NCBI GenBank assembly: GCA_963719505.1
Contig: CAVRCF010000001.1
Span: 480,001-544,000 of the forward strand
Source of the DNA: Halobacteriovoraceae bacterium
Lineage (GTDB): Bacteria; Bdellovibrionota; Bacteriovoracia; Bacteriovoracales; Bacteriovoracaceae
Reading direction: 5' to 3'
Length of the DNA: 64,000 nucleotides
In this document: positions 20,699 through 29,908 of the stretch, piece after piece
How the letters are laid out: the number at the start of each line of letters is the position of its first letter
Position numbering within the stretch: the stretch's first letter is position 1
The notes under the pieces: model-generated
Databases searched by the model: none
Told to the model about the DNA's origin: nothing
The model's input: only the letters and a program-made list of their open reading frames with translations
Made by a program: the position numbers and the translations under genes

Positions 20699-21745
20699 AT
20701 GAAAAAGCCTTCTCAAAAAAAGTCATCTTTACTTGCGAAGTACTCTCTTCAATACGAAAAGAAGCCGCGTTCACGAGTTTTTGCTCCTCTTGCTGAAACC
20801 TATAGAAAGCTTGGGATGCATGATGAGGCATTAAAGGTTTTGAGAGATGGTATCAAGTATCATCCTGACTATACTCTGGGCTATATTGTTTTGTCACATG
20901 TCTACTATGACAAAGAAAACTATGAAATTGCATATTCAACTTTAAGACCTTTTATATCTAAAAACTTAGAAAATATTACTCTTCAAAAACTTTTTGCCGA
21001 AGTTTGTATGAAGCTGGACTACCTTGAAGAGGCTTTAAATACTTATAAAAATCTTCTTTTAATAAATCCTCGAGATGAAGAAGTTGCCTTCCAAGTTAAG
21101 CTGATTGAAGATGACCTGCTTGTTGCTCAAGAAAAAAATATTCCAGAGGGCTATGTAGAAAAAAGGCTGGAAACATTTGATGACGACGAAGACGATTGGG
21201 TTCAAGTTGATTTTAATCAGGTTGATAGAAGAAAAGAGAGCTTTGATGACTGGAACGTAGAATCGATTCCATCAAATCCTTTGGAGAGTTTTAAGTCTCA
21301 AATAGAAAAAGGTAATTTTGAAATAAAAGAAGCTGATCTCAATGATGAGTATTACTTTGACGATCACGATATTGACTCAGATGATGTTATCGAGAATGAG
21401 GATGACAATGATTCTCACGGTGACAATAGTGAGCCTATAATAACCCACACACTAGTTGACCTTTACTGCAAGCAGGGTTACTTCGACAAGGCCATAGAGC
21501 TTTTAGATAATATACTAGAGCTTCATCCCGAGGATAAAGCAAGTATTCTTAAGAGAGAAGAAATTCAGGAAATCTCAAACTTTGGAAAAAATGATGTCGA
21601 AAGTCATGGCCATGAAAAGTTGCTTGACCTGGTCGACGATCAAAGAGCTAGACTAGAAGAGAAAAAGAAAAAAATCGAGACAAAACTAGATATGTTTGTT
21701 ACTGCACTAAGAGAAAAATCTACAAGTATACAAGCAAAACTATGA
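20699..21745 (+). CDS. Tetratricopeptide repeat protein with acidic linker
   Basis: N-terminal TPRs (FAPLAETYRKLG), a D/E-rich middle, and a C-terminal TPR (THTLVDLYCKQG). Confidence 0.8.
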   Translation: MKKPSQKKSSLLAKYSLQYEKKPRSRVFAPLAETYRKLGMHDEALKVLRDGIKYHPDYTLGYIVLSHVYYDKENYEIAYSTLRPFISKNLENITLQKLFAEVCMKLDYLEEALNTYKNLLLINPRDEEVAFQVKLIEDDLLVAQEKNIPEGYVEKRLETFDDDEDDWVQVDFNQVDRRKESFDDWNVESIPSNPLESFKSQIEKGNFEIKEADLNDEYYFDDHDIDSDDVIENEDDNDSHGDNSEPIITHTLVDLYCKQGYFDKAIELLDNILELHPEDKASILKREEIQEISNFGKNDVESHGHEKLLDLVDDQRARLEEKKKKIETKLDMFVTALREKSTSIQAKL

Positions 21746-22176
21746 AAAAAACTCTCATTATAAATGGTCCTAATCTTAACCTTCTGGGAAAGCGCGAAAC
21801 TAAAATATATGGCGCCTTAACACTGTCTGAAATCCAAGAACATACAGAACAAAAATTAAAAGATCAAAGTGTCCAGTTAGAATGGTTTCAAAGCAATCTT
21901 GAAGGGGAAATTGTTGAAAAAATTCATTCTTTTCTTTCGTCAGATTTCGACTTTCTAGTTATTAACCCAGCGGGCTATTCTCATACTAGTGTTGCTATAT
22001 ATGATGCATTGCTCATGGTTAAAAAGCCTATTGTTGAGGTCCACTTATCAAATGTTTATTCCAGAGAAGAGTTTAGACAAACAATGTTGACTGCTAGAGC
22101 CGCTTCAAAGATAATGTCAGGGCTCGGAAAAGATGCTTACTACTTCGCAATATTAAGTGAATTAAATAAAGGATAA
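21742..22176 (+). CDS. aroQ: Type II 3-dehydroquinate dehydratase
   Basis: NGPNLNLLGKRE..IYG, FQSNLEG, NPAGYSHTS, EVHLSNVYSREEFR. Confidence 0.95.
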   Translation: MKKTLIINGPNLNLLGKRETKIYGALTLSEIQEHTEQKLKDQSVQLEWFQSNLEGEIVEKIHSFLSSDFDFLVINPAGYSHTSVAIYDALLMVKKPIVEVHLSNVYSREEFRQTMLTARAASKIMSGLGKDAYYFAILSELNKG

Positions 22177-22181
22177 ATATC

Positions 22182-22754
22182 GTGAAATATCAAACTACAG
22201 ACTTTAGAAACGGATTGAAAATATCCATCGAGGGAAAACCTTATATCGTTGTAACCTTTCAACATACGAATCCAGGAAAGGGCTCAGCTTTTGTCAAAGC
22301 AAGATTAAAAAATTTAGAGACAGGACAAGTGCTGGAAAGAACTTTTAAGTCAGGCGTGGATACTGTTGATAAACCAGACATGGAAGAACGTGAGATGGAG
22401 TACACTTACGGGGATATGGATGGTTATAACTTTATGGACACTACTACTTTTGAGTCCGTTCACTTAAACCATGACAACGTTGGTGATGCTAAAAACTTTC
22501 TTCAAGAAGGGATCACAGTAACGATTTTATATTTTAATGAGAGACCGATATCTATCGACCTGCCAAACTTTGTAAATTTAAAAGTTGCAGAGACAGACCC
22601 AGGCTTAAAAGGCGATACTGCTGGCGGAAGCGGCGGGAAGAAAGCAATAATGGAAACCGGACTTCAGGTAAGTGTGCCGCTTTTTATCAATGAGGGAGAG
22701 ATTCTCAAAATTGATACTAGAACTGGTGAGTACAACGAAAGAGCTAAAAGCTAA
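22182..22754 (+). CDS. efp: Elongation factor P
   Basis: PGKG loop, PGLKGDT, ETGLQVSVPLFI, DTRTGEY. Confidence 0.97.
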   Translation: MKYQTTDFRNGLKISIEGKPYIVVTFQHTNPGKGSAFVKARLKNLETGQVLERTFKSGVDTVDKPDMEEREMEYTYGDMDGYNFMDTTTFESVHLNHDNVGDAKNFLQEGITVTILYFNERPISIDLPNFVNLKVAETDPGLKGDTAGGSGGKKAIMETGLQVSVPLFINEGEILKIDTRTGEYNERAKS

Positions 22755-22764
22755 GAGACAAATT

Positions 22765-23199
22765 ATGGATATTAAAAAAATTAAAGAATTTATTGAACTT
22801 GCAAAATCTGAAGGGGTAAGTGAGCTCAAATACGAAGAAAAAGAACTAAAAATTGGTGTGAGTTTTCAAACAACAAGCTATTCAGCCCCTCAACTAGTGA
22901 GTAGCATTTCAACCTCTGCTGGTTCCGTAACGGCTGCAGTTGCTGCAGAAAACGATCCGAATCTTAAGACTGTGACATCACCTTTTGTGGGAACATTTTA
23001 TGCTTCTTCATCTCCTGAGAATGATGCTTATGTCTCTTTAGGGGCACATGTTAAAAAAGGCTTTACTCTTTGCATCCTTGAAGCGATGAAAATTATGAAT
23101 GAGATTGAGTCCGATGTGACTGGAGAGGTTGTAGAAATTTGTGTTGAAAATGAAAGCCTTGTTGAATTCGGTCAGCCGCTATTTAAAATAAGAGTGTAA
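22765..23199 (+). CDS. accB: Acetyl-CoA carboxylase biotin carboxyl carrier protein
   Basis: SPFVGTFY, EAMKIMNEI biotinylation site, VEFGQPLF. Start placed at ATG 22765. Confidence 0.95.
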   Translation: MDIKKIKEFIELAKSEGVSELKYEEKELKIGVSFQTTSYSAPQLVSSISTSAGSVTAAVAAENDPNLKTVTSPFVGTFYASSSPENDAYVSLGAHVKKGFTLCILEAMKIMNEIESDVTGEVVEICVENESLVEFGQPLFKIRV

Positions 23200-24546
23200 A
23201 TGAAAAAATTTCAAAAAATCTTAATCGCAAATCGTGGAGAAATCGCTGTACGAATTTTAAGATCCTGCAGAGAGCTTGGAATAGATACTGTGAGTATACA
23301 CTCAACTGCCGATGAGGATTCTATTCACGTTAAGCTTGCCGATGAATCAGTTTGTGTTGGTCCTGCAAAGTCTACTTTGAGTTACCTAAGCCTTCCTCAA
23401 ATATTGTCAGCTGCTGAAATTACAGACGCTGATGCTATTCACCCAGGGTATGGATTCCTTTCTGAAAATAAAGATTTTGCAAAAATGTGCGAGGAATGGA
23501 ACATAGAGTTTATTGGCCCAAATATAGAGTGCTTAACCTCTATGGGGGATAAAATTGAGTCGAAAAAAATCGCTAAAAAAGCAAAAGTACCGACTTTAGA
23601 TCCCATTCATGTAAGCGATATGGATGATGAAGAAATATTAAAAACTGTTAAAGAAATGGGATATCCAGTATTGATTAAAGCTTCAGCCGGAGGTGGCGGA
23701 AGAGGTATGAAGAGGATTGATGAAGAAGCTAAGCTTCTGGATACAATCGAAGTTCTGAAGACAGAGTCAAAAAATGCTTTTGGTGACGACACTCTTTTTA
23801 TTGAGAAATATATTGTAAATCCCAGACATATTGAAGTTCAAATCCTTGCTGACAAACATGGAAATGTTATTCACTTAGGGGAAAGAGACTGCACAATCCA
23901 AAGACGTTTTCAAAAAGTTATTGAAGAATCACCCTCTCCAGTCATAACGGAAAAAATTAGAAATGAAATCTGTGAATCAGCTGTAAGACTGTCAAAGTTT
24001 GTCAATTATGACTCAGCAGGAACTGTTGAATTTTTATATGATCTTGATTCACAAAAATTCTATTTTATGGAAATGAATACTAGAATTCAGGTCGAGCATC
24101 CAGTAACTGAGCAAAGGTGCGGTGTAGACCTAATAGCTGAGCAAATTCGTATAGCTCAAGGAGAAAAACTTCGCTACAAGCAAGAAGATATAAAATTCTC
24201 CGGTCATGTAATGGAATTTAGAATAAATGCAGAAAATCCTGATACTTGCATGCCTTCTCCTGGGTTAATTACTCATTATCATAGGCCAGGAGGAATAGGC
24301 ATTAGGGTGGATGATTATATCTATACGGGTTACAGAGTCCCTCCGCACTATGATTCAATGATCTCAAAAATTATTGTCAAAGCAGACACAAGAGATGAGT
24401 GCATTAGTCGGTCTTTAAGGGCGCTAGGCGAGACAGTTGTCGGTGGAATTTCAACAAATATAGAGCTTCACAAGCGTGTCCTAAAGCATCAAGATTTTAA
24501 GGAAAATACGTACAATACCAATTTTCTTTCTGAAAAAGTGCTATAA
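23200..24546 (+). CDS. accC: Biotin carboxylase
   Basis: ILIANRGEIA, HPGYGFLSEN, GGGGRGM, EMNTRIQVEHPVTE, YDSMISK. Confidence 0.97.
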   Translation: MKKFQKILIANRGEIAVRILRSCRELGIDTVSIHSTADEDSIHVKLADESVCVGPAKSTLSYLSLPQILSAAEITDADAIHPGYGFLSENKDFAKMCEEWNIEFIGPNIECLTSMGDKIESKKIAKKAKVPTLDPIHVSDMDDEEILKTVKEMGYPVLIKASAGGGGRGMKRIDEEAKLLDTIEVLKTESKNAFGDDTLFIEKYIVNPRHIEVQILADKHGNVIHLGERDCTIQRRFQKVIEESPSPVITEKIRNEICESAVRLSKFVNYDSAGTVEFLYDLDSQKFYFMEMNTRIQVEHPVTEQRCGVDLIAEQIRIAQGEKLRYKQEDIKFSGHVMEFRINAENPDTCMPSPGLITHYHRPGGIGIRVDDYIYTGYRVPPHYDSMISKIIVKADTRDECISRSLRALGETVVGGISTNIELHKRVLKHQDFKENTYNTNFLSEKVL

Positions 24547-24576
24547 TTATCAATAGTTATAGTCTAGGAAGGATTA

Positions 24577-25920
24577 TTGTTGAAAGAGGCAATTGCTTGC
24601 TTTAATGCAAAAAAATATTCAGAATCTAAAAGGTTATTTGAAAACTATTTAGAACAAGAAATCAGCTCCATTGAAAAGGTTGATGCTCTTACCTATTTGC
24701 AAGAAATCTATAAACTACTCCACCAAGAATTTCCAAGAAAATTTGTCCTTTCATTGATTTTAGAACTTGATACCTCGGAATCAGAAAAAATTATGACGCT
24801 TTTTGAAAACTCTGAAGTTTCCAAAAATATATCAGCAAAACAAAAATACTTTGAAGCGACATACAAATTAGGGATGATTGAAAAATCATTGAGTATTTCA
24901 AAGGAAATATGTTTTGATCTTGTTGAGCAAAAAGCATATTCAATCGCCTTAGGTATCTTCGATAATATAGAGAACAAATTTAAAGGTCGTCTTTACTATG
25001 AGTTCGGAAGATTAATTGTCAATCTAGAGATGGCAGACTTCAAAACCTCTTTAGTCGTCGTAGATAAATTGATGGATAAGATTCTTAATCGGTGGCCATC
25101 CATTGCTGGAAAGCGAAAAACGCAAGTAGAGTATGCCCAGCATATTTTTAGTATTGTTGAAAATTTCTCTGTTGATGAACTTACTTTTAGAAAAAGCTTT
25201 CTACTTTGGAAGATGAAGTTTTCAAACCAATTTAATGAATACAAATTAACGAATAAAGAAAAAATGGAAGCAGTCGTTATCTTCTTTGATGCCCCTGAGC
25301 ACTACTACCTTCTGATCAATATTCTCACCGATGAGTTTATTGGTTATGAACTCTTAGATTATCTGAAAAAAAATGAAATAAAAGATACTCATAATTATAA
25401 AAAAAGAAGCTTCCTCAGAGCTGAAAATAAAAACATCCAACCCCAGTCAAAAACGAATGAAATAGATCTTGAAGTAAAAGGAATGATTCACAATGTAAAA
25501 AACTCTGAGATTCAAGCCATCTACAAAAAATATCAGTTAGATGCTGACAAGACATACGAGATTGATAAACGAGATTTTAAAATGGCAGATTTAAAAGAAT
25601 CTATTGTCGCTTTAGTCTTTATTGAGGACTTTAAAAATGCCAAAAATCTTCTTCGTCATTTAGATAATGGTTTAGAAAAAAATAGCTTAGAGATTGAGAT
25701 CTTAAGGAAGAGCAAAGATTATTTAGGTCTTTGTGCTTTTTGCACTGAACTTTTTCAATCCGGTTCCGGAGAAGATGATCTGTGGCTAATAGAAAATATT
25801 ATATGGGGCTTTGAGCAAAATGGAAATCTTGTACAAGCAGAGAACTTCCGCTCACTTCTAATGGGCTATAGCTTAACACCAAGTGAAATAGAAAGGGCAC
25901 TTCATAATGAAGAGTCTTAA
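24577..25920 (+). CDS. Hypothetical helical (TPR-like) protein
   Basis: 447-aa ORF with RBS, overlapping the tamB start; no recognisable catalytic motif. Confidence 0.6.
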   Translation: MLKEAIACFNAKKYSESKRLFENYLEQEISSIEKVDALTYLQEIYKLLHQEFPRKFVLSLILELDTSESEKIMTLFENSEVSKNISAKQKYFEATYKLGMIEKSLSISKEICFDLVEQKAYSIALGIFDNIENKFKGRLYYEFGRLIVNLEMADFKTSLVVVDKLMDKILNRWPSIAGKRKTQVEYAQHIFSIVENFSVDELTFRKSFLLWKMKFSNQFNEYKLTNKEKMEAVVIFFDAPEHYYLLINILTDEFIGYELLDYLKKNEIKDTHNYKKRSFLRAENKNIQPQSKTNEIDLEVKGMIHNVKNSEIQAIYKKYQLDADKTYEIDKRDFKMADLKESIVALVFIEDFKNAKNLLRHLDNGLEKNSLEIEILRKSKDYLGLCAFCTELFQSGSGEDDLWLIENIIWGFEQNGNLVQAENFRSLLMGYSLTPSEIERALHNEES

Positions 25921-28900
25921 CAAAGTTCTAATCATATTCTTTGCAGTTATTGGCATCACATTTTATGTTGCATGGGAAATTATTCAGTCCGAGTATGTTG
26001 CAGGCATTTTGACGAAAACAATTACGAGAGTTACCGAGCAAAAGCTTGGTGCCAAATTAAAGTTTGAAAGAATACAGTTCGACCTATTTCCACCTGGAGT
26101 CTATATCGAAAATGTAGAATTCAATAGCATAACAGAAGATTATGTCTATAGCTCTTATCTGGGGAGTGTTGGAATATCCTTTGATCTATTAGATGTTTTC
26201 AAAACAAAATTTACTTTAAGTGATATCTACTTAAACGATGGTCGTCTCAATATAAAAAAAATTAGCACGAGTAAAGAAACTGAAAATAACAAACCGCCCA
26301 AGGTCAGTGAGATCCTTGATACTATCAATAAAAAAATACCCGTAAGACTTAACAGAGTCACTCTTAATCAAATACATTTAGACGTGGTTGGTTTTAAGGT
26401 TACGACCGAAAATGCTGTCGCCATCATTTCTAAAGATAAGCTCGGAGTTAATCTAAGGCTACAATCTTTTGATCTTGAAAAGCTTGGGCTATATTCCGAG
26501 GTCGTTGATAACTTGGAAATTTATTCTGTTATTGATGATGAAAAAATAAAAATTTATGAGATGAATATTGATAAAGGACTAAACTCAATTGTTCTAGAAG
26601 GGGAAATTAAGGATTATCAAAGTGTGGAAACAGCGAAGGCTGATTTACAAGGTAAGCTTAAGTTTTATCTAGATGACCTGCATAAATACCTGGCATTTAG
26701 AGACATTGGATCTATTGAACAAGGGTTTGCTAGCGTTGACTTTGGGTTGAATGGGACTTGGAGTAAATTTGAATCAACGGTAAAGGTTGATGTGCAAGAT
26801 CTCCTCTCTGATTTTGTTAAGGGAGAGTCCGTCAATATGGCTTTGAGTGTAAATCAAGATAGAATACGGATCTCTGATTTTAGTTTAAGTGATGGAAAAG
26901 GGAGCATAAAACTTCTTAAAAGCTTCGAGCTGTTCAATATAAAAAGTAAAAAATTTGTCGAGGAAAAAATCTCTGTTACAGCTGAGAAAATGCCACTGAC
27001 AAATGCTTTAAGGTTCTTCAGATCTACCCTATCACCAATTAAAGGCTTACTAAGTGCAAACGTAGATTTTACACTCAATGAGAACGACTATCACTTTGAT
27101 ATTAAAGATTCAGCTAAAATAGAAAGCCTGCAAGTTGATATTAATAAGGAAAAACTTCTCGGTGCAAATAATATCACTCTAGGGAGCTCTGGAGTTCATG
27201 TCGACAGAAGTAAGGTCGACATGGAGTTTAACCTAAAAGGAAATAAGGTTTCTGGGAAAATTGTTGGGCAGATAAAAGATTCCATTACCACTTTTGTGAG
27301 CTCAGACCTCAGTGTTGACCTGAATTATTTAGGGCCATTTTCAGGCTTTAAAATAGCTGGGCAAACAGATGCTAAGATAGATGTCTTGCTAAGCGATTCA
27401 ATATCCCAATTGAAAATAAGCCCTAGTGTTCAAGACTTCGACTTTGAAGGTTACAGGCTTGATAGGTTAAAAGGAGCAATACTTTTTGATTTTAATAAAA
27501 GCTCTATCGCCTTTTCAGAGATTAAGGGAAGAATGGGGGACTCAGAAATCGGTGCTAACGGAGAGATCTCTCTAGATTCACTTGAGTTAAATGCAAAAAT
27601 AAATCACGACACTCTCTACTGGAAAGACCTTGTCAAAATATATGCACCTCTTTTGGGGACACTCGACTTTATGCCACCATCAACTTTTGGTAATTGGAAA
27701 ACGAACTACAATATTTCAGGGAAAGCCACTTTAGATGATCTTAAACTTAATGGAAGTTTTTCCGGAACTAATAATATTCTCTTTAATGAAGGATTTGATC
27801 AAATTGGATTTAGCTATTACTTAGAGGAACAAAAGTTAAAGTTTTTGAATGTTAAAGCCATAAAGTCCACGGGAAATATTTTTGGTGGATATACTTTTGA
27901 TTTAAAAACCCAAGAACAGTACTTTTGGGGAAATATTGTGAAAGTACCATTGAAAGAACTCAACCATTTAAAAAAACTGCCTTTGAATGTGGAGGGACTT
28001 ATTAATGGGGTTCTCAAGGGTACAATTAATAATGATGGCAAAAATGGTAAAATGGAGATGACCATTGACAATACAATAGTTCAAAATGAACCTGTTGAAG
28101 ACTCCTACCTTCTTGTAACGCTCGAGAAGGATAAAGTTGATATTAATATGACACTTTTTGGAAAGCAGATTGAAAATTATTCAAGTATTAGCCTCGAGAA
28201 AGATGGAAGAAGTTCGATCACGACTAAGGTCGATATTCCTTCAATGGAAAAGCTATTAAACGCTTTCTCATTTGTAGAGGGTCGGAATAAATTTCAAGGA
28301 CAGCTTGAAGCGGAGTCTCTTATTACCTTTCAAAATGGACAGTTTAATAAAGCCGATATGAGTGTTAATTTAAAAAAACTTCTTCTGGATAGGGAGAAAG
28401 TGCGCTTGTCTTACTCAAACGCTGATGAAGAGATAACTGTAAGAGATGGCTTAGTCAAAAAGTGGGACCTGAGTGCGATTGGTAGTAATATTTATATTGT
28501 AAGTCGGGGAAGTGGGACTTTTTATGAAAGTCTCGACATTAACACCAAAGTTAGTACAAGCGCTGAGGTTTTTGAAGTCTTTAATGGCTTTACATCAAAT
28601 GCGAATGGGACTGTTATTGGCTCAGTCAAAAATAGTGTTACCAATGGAGAGCATCAATACAAAGCGAAAATAGTCTCTAGTGACCTAAGTGTTTCATCAT
28701 CACTATTGCCCCTTACTTTTTCTAGGGGAGATATACTTATTAACTTCACCGACAACAATCTACAGTTCAAAAGATTTAAGGCTGATATAAATTCAGGTAA
28801 GCTCGATATTGGCGGTAATATTAATCTGTCGAAGGTGATTCCTGATGTTGATCTCAATTATTCTTTTCGAAGTGCAGGTATTACAATCTTAAAAAAGTCT

Positions 28901-29908
28901 GAGCTTGTCTTTTCGGGTGAGGGACTCTTGAGAGGAAAAACATTTCCATATTCATTATCTGGGGACATTGAGATTGAGAATCTTTTAATCTCAAACGAGA
29001 TCACTGACTTTGGTGGAGGCAGCCAAATTGTAGAAAAGGATATAGACTACCTTCCCAAAAATATTAAGAAATCGCAAAATCAACTTTTAAACTTTGACGT
29101 AGATATTACAACAACCGAACCAATAAAAGTCGTTAACTCCATGGCCAATTTGGGATTTATTGGTGCCGTAAGGCTTTCTGGAGGAGAAAAAGATCCCAAA
29201 CTAAGTGGGAAATTTGAATTAGCCCCTCAAAAAAATCAACTCTTTTTTAAAAATAATATCTTCAACTTAACAAAAGGAAATATCTTTTTCTACAGACAAA
29301 ACGAAATTTCAAATCCAGAGTTAGATTTTGAAGCGACAAGCACTATAAATGATTATGCAATAAATATAAGAGTCTTTGATTTTGTTAATAACTTTAAGCT
29401 TGATATGACGTCTGACCCATCCCTTGTTAAAAGTGATATTCTCTCTCTAATAGCTTTCGGCTACACAGAAGATATCTCCTCTAACCTTTCAGATGAGGAA
29501 AGAGAAAGCATGACACGAGCAGGTGTTGGTTCGATTATTTTCGATCGCTTTAAAATAAATGAAACATTGAAGAATGAATTTGGCTTAGAGGTTAACCTTG
29601 GAACCGAAATAACGGAAGCCGAACAAAGTTATCTCACCTTTAGAGAGGGAAGAAATAGTGTCGGACGAGTACGCTCGGCAACGAAACTCGAGATAAAAAA
29701 GCAGATGACTGACCAGGTAGATCTTTCTGTCTCTAGCACGGTGGGAAATAGTACAGGGCAAAAACAAACAATGAATCTCAATTATAATATAAACAAAGGA
29801 GTCTCGCTCGAGGGTGTTTACGAAAACAGAACTGACCCTGAAGTAGATGGTAATATAGATGATACATCTATTGGAGCCGATGTGAGACTGAAGTGGTCTT
29901 TTAAATGA
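25907..29908 (+). CDS. tamB: TamB/AsmA-like protein (DUF490 C-terminus)
   Basis: N-terminal anchor, long beta-rich body, NPELDF, TSDPSL...DILSLIAFG; adjacent to an Omp85 gene. Confidence 0.8.
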   Translation: MKSLNKVLIIFFAVIGITFYVAWEIIQSEYVAGILTKTITRVTEQKLGAKLKFERIQFDLFPPGVYIENVEFNSITEDYVYSSYLGSVGISFDLLDVFKTKFTLSDIYLNDGRLNIKKISTSKETENNKPPKVSEILDTINKKIPVRLNRVTLNQIHLDVVGFKVTTENAVAIISKDKLGVNLRLQSFDLEKLGLYSEVVDNLEIYSVIDDEKIKIYEMNIDKGLNSIVLEGEIKDYQSVETAKADLQGKLKFYLDDLHKYLAFRDIGSIEQGFASVDFGLNGTWSKFESTVKVDVQDLLSDFVKGESVNMALSVNQDRIRISDFSLSDGKGSIKLLKSFELFNIKSKKFVEEKISVTAEKMPLTNALRFFRSTLSPIKGLLSANVDFTLNENDYHFDIKDSAKIESLQVDINKEKLLGANNITLGSSGVHVDRSKVDMEFNLKGNKVSGKIVGQIKDSITTFVSSDLSVDLNYLGPFSGFKIAGQTDAKIDVLLSDSISQLKISPSVQDFDFEGYRLDRLKGAILFDFNKSSIAFSEIKGRMGDSEIGANGEISLDSLELNAKINHDTLYWKDLVKIYAPLLGTLDFMPPSTFGNWKTNYNISGKATLDDLKLNGSFSGTNNILFNEGFDQIGFSYYLEEQKLKFLNVKAIKSTGNIFGGYTFDLKTQEQYFWGNIVKVPLKELNHLKKLPLNVEGLINGVLKGTINNDGKNGKMEMTIDNTIVQNEPVEDSYLLVTLEKDKVDINMTLFGKQIENYSSISLEKDGRSSITTKVDIPSMEKLLNAFSFVEGRNKFQGQLEAESLITFQNGQFNKADMSVNLKKLLLDREKVRLSYSNADEEITVRDGLVKKWDLSAIGSNIYIVSRGSGTFYESLDINTKVSTSAEVFEVFNGFTSNANGTVIGSVKNSVTNGEHQYKAKIVSSDLSVSSSLLPLTFSRGDILINFTDNNLQFKRFKADINSGKLDIGGNINLSKVIPDVDLNYSFRSAGITILKKSELVFSGEGLLRGKTFPYSLSGDIEIENLLISNEITDFGGGSQIVEKDIDYLPKNIKKSQNQLLNFDVDITTTEPIKVVNSMANLGFIGAVRLSGGEKDPKLSGKFELAPQKNQLFFKNNIFNLTKGNIFFYRQNEISNPELDFEATSTINDYAINIRVFDFVNNFKLDMTSDPSLVKSDILSLIAFGYTEDISSNLSDEERESMTRAGVGSIIFDRFKINETLKNEFGLEVNLGTEITEAEQSYLTFREGRNSVGRVRSATKLEIKKQMTDQVDLSVSSTVGNSTGQKQTMNLNYNINKGVSLEGVYENRTDPEVDGNIDDTSIGADVRLKWSFK

